Origin: a virus | Taxonomy: Duplodnaviria > Caudoviricetes | Length of the DNA stretch: 64,000 nt | Virus record (IMG/VR): IMGVR_UViG_3300001528_000259 | Coordinates: 32,001 to 96,000 of that record | Reading direction: 5' to 3' (one strand) | Shown: positions 44,949-56,700 of the stretch, piece by piece | How the letters are laid out: every line of letters begins with the position of its first letter | How positions within the stretch are numbered: position 1 is the first letter of the stretch | Program-made: the position numbers and the translations under genes | Notes under the pieces: generated by a model | Databases searched by the model: none | What the model saw: only the letters and a program-made list of their open reading frames with translations | What the model was told of the DNA's origin: nothing

Positions 44949-46331
44949 TTATCTGCTAAACTTTTTAATAGAGTAATTAAGCTGTTTAGCAAATGTATCA
45001 ATTTTCTTATCCATCATCGCTTCAAGTTGAGGCAAAGTATCTTTATCAACACGATCAACTCTTAGGAAATTCTCTACATCAACCGTAAACTGAGGTTTAC
45101 TAACAGCATTATTAATCATGTTAATATTTGCTCCAAATTTATTCGTGTTCATCAAACCATCAACTCCAATTTGACCGAGTTCCATCAATTCCTCTGTAAG
45201 ATCGGCAGGAACAACACCCGTGCCCTTACGCATGAAGGAAAGTGTTCCACCTTTGCCCGGAACGAGAACAAGTTCGTCTCCGAATTGAGGTTCGTCTGTA
45301 ATCGCAAATTCGTCACGCTTTGTGCCAGTTGTACCTTTAGCATATTGTCTAATTGCCATTGGGCCACTAACATATTGTCCCCACATTACTCGCTTAAACC
45401 TACGTTCATCATCACGTGTGTTTGCCACTTGTTTATATTGTGGAGAATATTTAATTTGATAATCTTTAAGAAGTTGCTCAAACTTACTTAAACTAATTGG
45501 ACCATATCCAAGAGCTAATACTTGATCCGAAGTAAGCTTATATTTTTTGTTTATGTCATCACCAGTAGGTGGTACATAAACAGAAGTAGGAGGAGGAGAT
45601 TGTGTACTGCCTCCGCCTGAACCAGATCCTGAGCCCGAGAGTTTAGCGCTTGCTGCTCTCGCTTCTGTGTCTTGTATTTGCTTATACAAATTGGACAGTG
45701 CAGTAGATGCAGTTTGCACATTGGAATTAATGTTAGAAACAACTCTATCCATTGCAGTAGCAACGCTGGATTTGAACGCATTAGCTGCATTCGTTCCTGC
45801 GCTCCAAGGAGACGTTAGGTTTGTTGTACCGTTTGCATTGAACTGAGCAAAGAAACCCCCTTCTCTCGTCCATTGGTTCATAAGATCGAGAGCATTGCCA
45901 GAATAATTACCAACTGCTTCTTTAGCTTTTATCCAAGGATTTGTAAGTTCAGCAGTTAATGGCAGATTTGTTTCTTCATACTTAGCAAGTATCGTATCGG
46001 CATTATACATAACCATTGAAGTGACGCCCATAAGAAACTCATCCATTTTTGCAGTGGCTTCTTCGAGACTTATGCGAAGTCCTTCAATAAATTTGTTCAT
46101 GCTTTCTTCATAAGCTTGTGCTTCAGAATCTAAAGCTTCGTTTTGGGCATTTTTTGCGTGGTCGTAGTAAGTATCGTTGAGTGACTCACGTGATTCATAT
46201 AACTGAGCTTCAAGTTTACGACGTTCTGCAATATCTGCTTTATTTGTAGAACCAGACAAACTTGCGATACGACGCTCAATTTCAGCAATATCTTTTGCTT
46301 GTTTTTGTACATTCTTTTTAAAATCATATAA
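44949..46331 (-). CDS. Tape measure protein, exon 3
   Basis: Frame is open up to TTA at 46331 (LYDFKKNV...); TMP C-terminal motif YAKGT...ELV...G.GVVPADLT. Confidence 0.88.
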   Translation of the reverse strand, partial: LYDFKKNVQKQAKDIAEIERRIASLSGSTNKADIAERRKLEAQLYESRESLNDTYYDHAKNAQNEALDSEAQAYEESMNKFIEGLRISLEEATAKMDEFLMGVTSMVMYNADTILAKYEETNLPLTAELTNPWIKAKEAVGNYSGNALDLMNQWTREGGFFAQFNANGTTNLTSPWSAGTNAANAFKSSVATAMDRVVSNINSNVQTASTALSNLYKQIQDTEARAASAKLSGSGSGSGGGSTQSPPPTSVYVPPTGDDINKKYKLTSDQVLALGYGPISLSKFEQLLKDYQIKYSPQYKQVANTRDDERRFKRVMWGQYVSGPMAIRQYAKGTTGTKRDEFAITDEPQFGDELVLVPGKGGTLSFMRKGTGVVPADLTEELMELGQIGVDGLMNTNKFGANINMINNAVSKPQFTVDVENFLRVDRVDKDTLPQLEAMMDKKIDTFAKQLNYSIKKFSR

Positions 46332-47696
46332 CCATTATGTTACTATATTCAATGAATAAAACTATGTAATTTTTCTCCTATATTTTCATTATACTTAATA
46401 CGAAGTAATAAAATATTATTTTGTTGACAGTAATCTGTTTTAATTTGATCATGGAATTGTCTAATTTTTAATCCTTTTTCTCCGCCAAAATGGTCTATCG
46501 CCTTAAAATGTTGCTCTCCATCATACTCAATGCAAATATTCAATACTGGTAGATAAAAATCAAATGGAAGCATACGCTTATCCTTACAATCATTAAATGT
46601 ATACTGCGGAATATAAGCAATATTGTTGATATTTAAATAATTGCCAATACTTTTTTCTCCGTGTGATTCATTGCATTTAGGACAGCCCTTTCCTGCTAAT
46701 ATATTTCCAGGTTTCACTTTCCATTCATGTCCACATATTTTGCATTTATGTTTTATCTTAATTTCAGTACTAACATATTCTTCAAGCGCAATGATGTTAG
46801 GATTTATATTAAACAATTTGGTAACGTACTCATTATGATTCGTACCATTTTTATTACTAATTTTTTCTTTAAGACACTCATAGCATCCACAACCTTTTAA
46901 TATATTAGTAGGCAACGCATCCCATATTACATTATGGATTAAACACCTGTGTAAAATTTTAGTTTTTACACCAACATATTCTCCCACGACTTCAATATTT
47001 GGATTTTTTAATTTTACCTCTTCAATATATTTCTCTTGTGTTTTTGTATTTGATGTTTTAAATTTTTCAATTCTACACTTTTTACATCCATGACCGTCTA
47101 ACACACGACTTGGCTTTGTTTCCCAAATCACATTGTGAATAAGACAACGATGCATAATATTTGTATTTGCATCAATATATTTTCCGATTACTTCCACATA
47201 TGGATTCTTTACTTTAAGCTCATTTACATATTCTTCATGTGTCTTTTTCTTACTCATCATACCTCACCTCCAATCATTTTGTATTATTGAGTTTTATTCA
47301 TTTAGGTTCGTTAGACCTTATAGACTTGTTATAAACAAATTTTCTCTGGCTTTCACCAAAGTGCAGACCATCTCATTTACCATAATCATTTTGTGTAGTA
47401 ATGATTTTAGGTACCCTCCATTTCGGGATACTTACCCCTAATCCTATTTCAAGGAATGGCCGTTGAACCTTATTTGTAATATTATATCATAATCATTTTG
47501 TCGTGCCAATTAACAAAATAAATAAAAAATATTACAAATCTTGGCTGCTGATTATCCAATTTTCACAATTTTTAAACATTCACGCTCATTATTGCTAATC
47601 ACGTTGTAGTTTGTGAAACTCTAAGGAAGTCCCAGCAATTAAAAGGGATACACTATAAACTTTCGTATTATAGCGGACTAAGTAAGTTAAAACTTA
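46332..47696 (-). mobile_element. Group I intron 2 (IA-like, 1365 nt) in the tape measure gene
   Basis: 5' exon ends in U and P1 GAU|UAAGU pairs with ACUUAGUC; P AATTGCTGG, Q AATCAGCAG, R GTTCAACGGCCA, S GAGATGGTCT; terminal G at 46332; splicing restores AERD|LYDF. Confidence 0.92.
46349..47260 (-). CDS. Intron-encoded homing endonuclease (zinc-ribbon repeats plus Vsr/DUF559-like nuclease)
   Basis: Repeated EVIGKY....I.HRC..H...W...P...L.G.GC units; ESHGE, LPFDFYLP and IEYDGEQH motifs. Confidence 0.88.
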   Translation of the reverse strand: MMSKKKTHEEYVNELKVKNPYVEVIGKYIDANTNIMHRCLIHNVIWETKPSRVLDGHGCKKCRIEKFKTSNTKTQEKYIEEVKLKNPNIEVVGEYVGVKTKILHRCLIHNVIWDALPTNILKGCGCYECLKEKISNKNGTNHNEYVTKLFNINPNIIALEEYVSTEIKIKHKCKICGHEWKVKPGNILAGKGCPKCNESHGEKSIGNYLNINNIAYIPQYTFNDCKDKRMLPFDFYLPVLNICIEYDGEQHFKAIDHFGGEKGLKIRQFHDQIKTDYCQQNNILLLRIKYNENIGEKLHSFIH

Positions 47697-50600
47697 ATCT
47701 CTTTCGGCTGAAAGTGCCTCTTTTACGCTATCTATATAATCATTATAGCCATCGACCAGCGTATCAATATATTTTTCTACTGCATCAATACTACTTTCGT
47801 ACATGTCAACAATAGATTGCTCAGTATCGCTGATTGATTTTGCATAATCATACTGTTGATCTTGCAACTCAGAAACCTTATCATAATACTCTTGCTCTGA
47901 ATGTATACCAAGGCTTTCATAATAAGATTTGGTGTTCTTCGAGTATGCCTTATTATATTTATTCAGTTCTTTTTCAGTATCTTCTAAACCTTGTTTGTAT
48001 AGTTCGAGTTCTTGAATATATGCACCTAAGGCTGCAACTCCAGACTCAGTCCAGTTACCCTCGTCATCAAACCAATCTTTTTCGCCGTTTGGTGCAATAA
48101 GATCACGAATAGTACTAAGTTTGTTTGTGAGATTATCAAGACGATTGTTAAACTCCTCGAACTTATAGGTGTTGATTTCGCCAATGGCATCTTGGAGATC
48201 AACAATTGATGCAGTTACATCATCCAATTCTCCTTCTATGTCGTTTAAAATATTCGCTGCTTCCCACCATTCGTCAGAGCCTTCTTTAACCGTTTTAAGA
48301 TATGCTAGCGCGGCTGCCTTTTGTTGCTCAAGCAACGACTTACGTTGATTCTCCAATTTGATTTGTTCTTGGTAATACTTTGCATCGGCTTTTTGACCTT
48401 TTTTCTCAAGCAAGTCAATTTCGTTTTGAACCTGTTCGTATTTAGCTTGGTTAGCCGCAATACGATTTTTCCAGTAGTCCATTTCTTTTTTAAAGCGGTC
48501 ATCTTCAACTTCTTCTTTATCAGTTTTACTACCCGGATCAAGAATATTATTGAATGCCGAAGATAGATTACTTTTAACGGAATCAATTAAACCAACGGTG
48601 TTTTGGAAATTTGTTAATACTTGTTGCCATTCTTCGTCACTAACAAATTCATTGTTCTGCGCTCCTTTTAGAGCCGAATTAAATGCAGCAACCGATCCTG
48701 CTGCAACAATGGCATCTTTCGCGACTGTACTAAGAGTTCCAGAATACGTTCCAAGCTCAATCGATGCTTGATTTGCTGCAACAGCACTGTTACTAACTTC
48801 TATGGCTTTTTTACGTTCTGCTAATACATTTAACTGTGTAATCGCTGTCTGAACAGCAGTTGCCTTGGCATCATCGAGTTTTGTGTTAAGCATCTTTTCA
48901 AGAGCACTTTGGTTGATGGTTAATTGACCACCTTCCATTTGAAGAACAGAAAGATATTCTGGAGATAGATTCAACAGCACTTGCAGGTTATCTAGAGATA
49001 AATACCCCTGTTTATTGTATTCGGTAGTAATAGCCTTAAGGCTGGAATATGCGCTCTGAATTTTGTCAACACTAGCATCAAACTCTTGTAAGTTAAGTTT
49101 GAGTTTTACTTCTGGAGATTGAGAATTAAGTTCATCTTCAATGCGTTTTAACTCACTCTCCGCATTAGTGATCTTTGTTTGTATTTCAATAGGGGTATCC
49201 GCTTTTAATTTTCCATTTTCATCGAAATACTGTTTATATTCTTCAACATAAGCATCATAAGCCGCTTTTGCTTGTCTATATGCCTCTGTCTCTATCTTAT
49301 CATCGCCGTTTGAATAAAATTTTCCATCATATTCCCAATAGTCGATACCTTCTATATTATGATATTTACCTATATCAGAAACCTTCATTAGTTTTGACTT
49401 GTGTCGTTCCAGATCCTCTTTTAAAGCATTATATCCTTTTTGACCGTTTTTACCATTAAGAAACTCATTATATTTATTTTGTTCTTCTTCCGCTTCCGTT
49501 ACGGCATCTTGCGCCTTCTTTTCTTCATATAACGCCTTAACAACTTCATCAATCGCATCTTTCTCTAAACCATATTTTTCGGCAATTTTATTAACTTGAT
49601 CAACTGCATCGCCATGAGAACGATACATTCCGTTAAAATACGCATCGAGATTAACATTATCGAGAATTTCTTGTTCAAGATTTTTCTTTAATAATTCTTC
49701 AACATATTCTCGTGCGTTTTCTACGCCAAGATTTTGCAATTGAATTATATACGTCCACTTATTTTCTGGCTTCAATTCATTATTAGCAAGTGCCCAATCA
49801 AGATAAGTCTTAACGAATTCTTCGGTGGCTTTTGTCATTTCCTCGACAGAAGATACACCAGAGAACACGGCGTTAGAATATTTAATCCATGCATTTGCTC
49901 CGTCTTCTGTTGCGTTGAAATTCTGAAAATGTTCATAAAGATCCGCAACCGTTTTAGACGTAACAGAGCCACGCTCGATAATTTCATCAAACGCTGTCTT
50001 TAATTTTTCAACGCCATCAGTGATTTTATTGATATCCTTTGCAACATCAAGAAGCCCAACATCTTTAAATTCAGTTTCTGCTCTTGTAACATTTTTAAAA
50101 TAGTCTTCTGCCTCATAAAGATACAATCCCATTTCACGAAGGCGAGCAACTTCTTCATCAGATAAAATTCTATTAAGCGTAAAACCATCCAGAGATGCAA
50201 AGGCTTCAGCAATCTTAGTTTCGTCGCCAGTTTCTTTGGCTTTTTTGATCTCGTCTTTTATTGCTTCTATTTGAGACTTAGCCTTAGCAAACCCATCTGT
50301 CGCTTCATCGCCAAATATACGAGCAAAAGCATTCGATTTGGCGTTGGCTCCTCCAGATTGGATTGCCCATGTGTCCATCTTATCTGCCCATTCAATGTAC
50401 TCCTTCTTTTGCTCTGTAGTCGCCGTGTCCCAATTTTGTTTAATTTGAGAATAATAAGAATCCATTTCTGACATATAACTTGCCATATTGGATTGATAAC
50501 TATTTAGAGCTTTTTGTGCTTCCTCAAATTTTTTCTTATTTTTATCCGAAGCATCCTTCGTATATTTTTCACGTGCCGCATTAAACTCGTTTTGGAGCTT

Positions 50601-52422
50601 TGTATATTGCTCCTTCATATTGTCGAGGGATTCTCCTACTTTCTCCTCGGATGCAGACTGTATTCCACCAACCACAGCACCAACAATACCACCAACTATT
50701 GCTCCAATTGCTGCGCCAATCAACATACCAATCGGACCAGCGAACGAACCCGCTGTAGTCCCAGCGGCTAAAAATCCACCCGCAGCAGTAGCCCCAGTTG
50801 CAGCTAAAACAGAACTTCCGACACCGGTTGCAACGCCAACGCCTGCTCCAATTGCCGCACCAGAACCAGCCTTTTCTCCAACATTCTCACCCGTTGTCTT
50901 ACCCGTTTTAACGCCAGTTTTCGCATACTTATTTGCAGTGTTAATTGCACTATCGTTAACTTCATACTGCTGTTGTTCTTTTATTGTATTTAAAAGATCG
51001 ATTTGTCTTTGAAGCTCTGCACTTTGTGCTTGTAACCGAGTAAGCTCTTCTTGGTCTGTAAATGTCAGAGGAGTGTTTTTGTTAATATCATTAATTTGAT
51101 TTTTAATATCATTGAGTTGCGACTCAAGTGTGCTCAATTCAGATTCTGTCTTAGACAACTCAGACTTTAGTTCATCAAATGACTCCTTTGCTTCTTCTAC
51201 TGTTTCATATGCTTTATCAAAAAGATCACCAATAATTTGTAATACCTTAGATATTGCATACATAACAAGCATCGATGCAACAGCAGACTGAATTTTTTGA
51301 GATAATTGCTCCGCACCATTCGCCAATGACTTAAATGCACCAGACCCAGTTTTTTTAAGATCTGCCTGTTTTTTATTTAATGTATCAACATTTACCTGTG
51401 CACGCTTAAGTCCATCTTGATATTTATACAGTTTCTTCGGATCTGTTCCTTGGTAATTATCAAGATTTGCCTGAGCGCGAGCAAGATTTTGCTGTGCTTG
51501 CGTGGAAGCTTCTTCTACGGCTCGTAATTCTTTTTTATAATCTTTTATTTTTTGAATTTCTGTGCCAAAATAACCCTTGGATGAGTCTGTTTGTTTAAAT
51601 CCTTCTTTTTGTAATTTCTTATATGTTTCAAGACTTTCTTCTGCCTCTTTTAATGCTTTCTTACTTGACTTACCACCGCCGTCGTCAATATATGCCTGTT
51701 TTGCATCACGAACGCTTTGTTCTAACTCTTCTAGTTTAGATGTTGTAGATTGAATATCTTTATTAATGCTTTTACCAAAAATACGGTTTGCGCCCTTTAA
51801 TGTTAAACCAGAGAATATTTTAGAAAAATTAAGACCACCAAACTTTGTTGAAACATATGTAAACAAACCAGCAAGTGCTAATTGTAATAGTCCTACATTC
51901 TCAACAATCTTAATAATTTCAGTCCCAAGACTTACAACCCATTTAACAACGCCACTATTGAGTGCATTATTCCACATAGTTCGAACGGAATTGTTAAATA
52001 AGTCAATACGCCCCTGAATTGAATCGAGGTATTTCTCATTTTCCTTGAGTGCAGAACCTGAAGCGTTTGCTGATGCTTCAATTGCTTGTTCGGCAGTATC
52101 GAAATTAGAAATGATTGAAGCTAAAATATTAGCCTGACGTTTTCCACCCATGAGTTCCATAGCAGATGCCTTTTCGATATCTGTCATGTACTTAAATGCT
52201 TCTGACATTTCACGTAATATCTGTGTTGTATTTTTAAAGGTATTTGCATCTAACATGATGTCAACACGACCACCTGTTAGTGCTAATAATTTCGCTTGAA
52301 GTGCCGACGTGGTTGTAGCCATATCGGACACATCCTCTCCCATCTCGGAGAGTTCGGTTTTAGAACCCCTTAACCTAAGAGTCAGTGTTTTCAGCGCAGT
52401 TCCTACGCTTTCTGGGTCTTGT
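47697..52422 (-). CDS. Tape measure protein, exon 2
   Basis: Frame is open from QDPESVGTALKTLTLRLRG at 52421; helical and Ala/Gly-rich TMP segments. Confidence 0.9.
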
Positions 52423-53742
52423 CAATCTATTACTTTCGGTTCCCACACCTACTGACCATATCTAATATGGCGATTAGTCATTTCTGGCTAATTCTCACGT
52501 TTCATGTTAATCGGTTTATAGCGTGAGTTCGGACTATATATTACATCCTCTTGTCTTTATATCAAAAAGAGTAGGATGGATAACTTCAGCACATATGTTA
52601 CCATATGCGCCCCGTAGTCTCTGAGGATAAAAATAAAATTATTATGCACATACTTTAATAAATTGTTTTAATATTTGTTCTATATTGTTAAAATCATAAT
52701 ACCAAATTTCCAATAATGTCATACAATGTTGGTTTGCATATTCACGTTTTCTTTTATCATGTTCTTGCTGTGTTTGGAATTGTTTGATTCCTCCGAAAAC
52801 CTCGATTGGACGTTCATGCTGTTCTCCCTGATATTCGATCAACAAATTTAATTCTGGTAAATAAAAATCATACGATAATTTACCACCACCCATACCAAAC
52901 AAATCATCAAACGTTTTATGCGAAATAAAATTTTGGTTTAATTTCAATAAAAAATCCTTAATTGCAGATTCACCTTTTGGCACATCACAATAAGGACAAC
53001 GCTGTGTGTACGCATTTGCTAACATTTTATATTGAATACCTATTTCTGGATGATGTTTACATATGTACTGCATTGGCGTATGAGAATTAATATATGGTTG
53101 ATCTAACAAAATCATATCGTTATGATCAAAGATTGTCTTGGCTTCATCATATGATAATTTTCTAGAGTTTGTAGTTCTTTCGATTCCACAATACTTACAG
53201 CCATATCCATGCCGTAAATTTTCATACCTAATAAATTGAGATCCTTTATCTGCATGTTTTAAACACAAATATTCAAGCTTAGTCTTTGCATTAATATATT
53301 CTGAGCTTAACAACAAATAACCTCGACTTTCAAACAAATCGCAAATATCACCCCATTTTGGTTTTTGAACATCTTTTGCACATTGAGAACAACAATACAA
53401 CCCCCTTTTTAACCCAGTTTCAACTTTGTCTACCTGAGATTTTGTTATCATAAATGGCTTTCCGCAATAATCACAATTGTACTCTATTTGTTTATTTTTA
53501 TTTGCACGAAAGCATTTATCTGAACAAAATTTGCTTCTATTTTCTTGTGATTTTGCTACATAATATTTCTTTCCACAATATTGGCAAACCTTCTCTGTTT
53601 GCATATTTTTCACCTCCTTTTTTGTAATTGTATTTGCACAATAATTTTATTAGTCTTTCCTAAGTCTTAAGTGAACCGCACTTTTTAACTTATATAGTTA
53701 TCTACTAGTAACTATATTACTATAGCTACGTGGCACAAATTT
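52423..53742 (-). mobile_element. Group I intron 1 (IA-like, 1320 nt) in the tape measure gene
   Basis: P1 GUGGU|...GCCAC with U-G pair; P10 UUGU/ACAA; R TCAGAGACTA; S ATATAGTCC; P3 GATAACT/AGTTATC; terminal G at 52423; splicing restores NEVV|QDPES. Confidence 0.93.
52642..53613 (-). CDS. Intron-encoded homing endonuclease (Zn fingers plus Vsr/DUF559-like nuclease)
   Basis: CQYCGK..FCS..C repeats; PKGE, LSYDFYLP and IEYQGEQH motifs; located in the P6 loop. Confidence 0.88.
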   Translation of the reverse strand: MKNMQTEKVCQYCGKKYYVAKSQENRSKFCSDKCFRANKNKQIEYNCDYCGKPFMITKSQVDKVETGLKRGLYCCSQCAKDVQKPKWGDICDLFESRGYLLLSSEYINAKTKLEYLCLKHADKGSQFIRYENLRHGYGCKYCGIERTTNSRKLSYDEAKTIFDHNDMILLDQPYINSHTPMQYICKHHPEIGIQYKMLANAYTQRCPYCDVPKGESAIKDFLLKLNQNFISHKTFDDLFGMGGGKLSYDFYLPELNLLIEYQGEQHERPIEVFGGIKQFQTQQEHDKRKREYANQHCMTLLEIWYYDFNNIEQILKQFIKVCA

Positions 53743-56700
53743 ACCACCTCGTTTGCAGCAGTTATAATACCAATTGATTCATCTAATGAGTTTCCGCCTT
53801 CTGCTAAAGCACTCGCAGAACGTTTTAACGCCTCACCAATTCCTTTAGAAGTGATACTAAACCTGTTACCCACTTCGTTGAACGAATCAACAATTCTCAT
53901 AGATTCAGACGCTTGAAGTCCAAATCCCTTCATGGTAGAAATTATACTTTCGGCAGCTTCGTCCGCGCTGGCAATACCATCTCCAACATTTTGATATACC
54001 AATGCGGCTTTTGCCATTTCAGATGCCTGAGTAATATTGTATCCCAGTTTTGCGAATGTTGCCGTTGCCAGTGTTACATCAGAAATCGTAGATCCAATTT
54101 CTGATCCTGTTTTTGCCGCAGTTTGTAAAAACTTATCATAAGTTTCTTCTGTTTCGTCTGTAACTTTCTTTAACTCCGTTAGAGCAAGGTCAATTTCTTT
54201 TACATACTGAATACCCTTTTTAAGTTCATTAAAGAACTTAAAAATTATACTTGAACCACTGAAGTACGTGAAAATTTCTTTTGTCTTACGTGTAATCGAC
54301 TCAATTATCGTTTCTGTTTTCTTGATGCCAGTACGCAATATACTAAGTCTGCCTGTCAATGGATCTACAGTAGCACTCCATGTCGCAAAAGTATTCGCTG
54401 CTATTTTTGTCGTACCAGTTAATTCACCGGTATCCGCGTTCATCCCCTGAATAACTACGCGACCTTGCGCCTGCGCTTGAACTGCCGCAGTAATCTTATT
54501 CCAATACTCGTCGGTTCCGACTGCGCCAAAACCAGATCCATCACCAAGATCAGTTGCATTATCACCACTATACTTTTCGTGAATCTTTAGATATCCATCG
54601 ACTTCTGATTTTAATTCTTTTACTTTTGATATCTGTTTGCTCAGATTATCTCTATCTTCTTCTGATGCTGCTGTTCCTTTTTTATTAATTTCGTCTCTTA
54701 AGTTACGTAAAACTTCAATTCGGTCAGACAAATCTCTTGCTTTCGCTTCGATATCTTTAGATATACCATCAGTACCAATCGCACGAAGTACAGTTTGATC
54801 TCCAGCATTAGCAGCAGAAGTTGCGGCATTAATACCAGTTGCTCTTTGAGCATCTTTAACACGTTGTTTCCAAACTGCTTCTTCGCTCTTATTATCAGCC
54901 TTATTTTGATCGTTGATTTTCCTTTGAGCTTTAGCCGCATCCAACAATCTTTTTTGTGCGTCAAACGATATACTATACTTTTCTCTTAATACAGCGTTTT
55001 CCTCGGTGGTAATTTTCAGCGAAGCTCGTTTTCTTCTAATCTCTTCTTTCAAGTTGTCGAGTCTCGCCTTAGTTTCAAGATTATTATCGCTGTCGAACTG
55101 TGCAGACAATCTACCAAGCGTCTCATAGTCATTCATGATAGACTTCATCATATTAGAACGAACCGCTTGTGTCTTAGATTGTGAACCTTGCGCATCTGCG
55201 TTTGCTTGTTTTACAGCACCACGAGTGGCAATTATGCCGCCCTTTGCAATCTTATCATTTATAGATTCGAGAACGCTTTTGATTTCAGTTAGTCTGCCGT
55301 CCAGAGCAGTTCCCGCTATCGTATCGACATTAGGCGCTTTAACTGTGCCAATACGCGAAGTACTTTTTTGAATATTATCCAAAACTCCTTTGACCGTTTG
55401 AAGTGTACTTTCAAGCGCCCAAGGAGATTGATTCTGTTCTCCATCATTTTGTTGTGTTTGACGATTAATAACGTTTGCAAAAACTTTATTAAGTGTTGAC
55501 TCAAGAGATGTTTCGTCAATAGCGACTTTATTGTCTGTATTCTCTGTATCTTGAATAACTTTTACATTATACGTGATTGAATTTAGAACATTTTTGAGCT
55601 CCTCAGTGTTGACAGAAGACTTATCAGACGCATCGCCAATGCCAGTTTTGACATTTGCCAACTGTTCACGAAGTTCTTGAATCATACCACCTTTAATCGT
55701 TGATTCTTCGGTTGCTTTGCGAGCTCGTTCTTCGGCATCTGATATTTGATCATACAATTCTGCTCTTGCTTGTTGATTACGATACGCTTCATCCGCCGCT
55801 TCGTCCACTTGTTTTTGAAGACGGTCTTGTAGTGCAATGTTTTCAGCCTGTAAAGCTTCTACTTTTTTTCTCTCTGATGCAAGTTCCGAAGAAGATGCAT
55901 CGCCAGCGCTAGAAGAAACGGTCTCTTGTTGTATGCCTGTGCCATTTTGTGCTTTTGCAGCGTTTAATTCTTCCTGCGCCTTAGTCTCCGCTTTAATTGT
56001 TTCCGTATTCTGTTGATGAGCGTCCGCCTCTTTCTTAACTCGCTCAAAAACAACGTCTTCAATCTCAATTCCGCCATATGTTTCACCATATTCATCGGCA
56101 AATTTATAAAGAGATCTTAGTCCTTTATCATCTGGTAACATCTCGACTTTCTTGCCATTTGCAAGTTTTAAGATAATCTTATCATATGTTTGACCAAATT
56201 CCTCAAGAGCCCCATCTGCCGCATCTATTTGTTCGCCAAGCTCATAATATCTCTCTTCTTCTTTTGTGCTTAAACCAGAATCCATATCTTTCTGATTTAA
56301 TTCTTCATATCTATCTCTTTGTCTTTGAGTTATGTTAGAAGCATATTGATCTGCAATGTCACGCAATAATTCAAGCTTATCTTCCAGCTTACCGTTTTCC
56401 TGAGTGATTGTTTCTGCATCATCTTCTGCAGACGCCTCTGATCTGGCAGATGTATTTTCTTGGATTGCGCTATTTACATCTTGGACTACAGGCAACGTAT
56501 TTTGAGCCATCTCTTTTAAGTGTGCCAAATATTCACTAGTAGATTTAAAAACAACCGCCGAATTTTCAATACTCTTGACGTCGGGGTCATAAATTACGCT
56601 ACCCTGATAATTACCGTCATAACCTTGATCTCCCGTTGCATTTAAAACACCTTCGTATCCCAATGCTTTCATAAATCTGGTGCCAAAATTATGATGATCC

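Noticed and set aside
53651-53664. TTAGGAAAGACTAA in intron 1 as another GGAAAGAC leader hairpin
   Set aside because: These bases are accounted for by P4' (GACTTA) and P6 (GGA/TCC) of the intron core.
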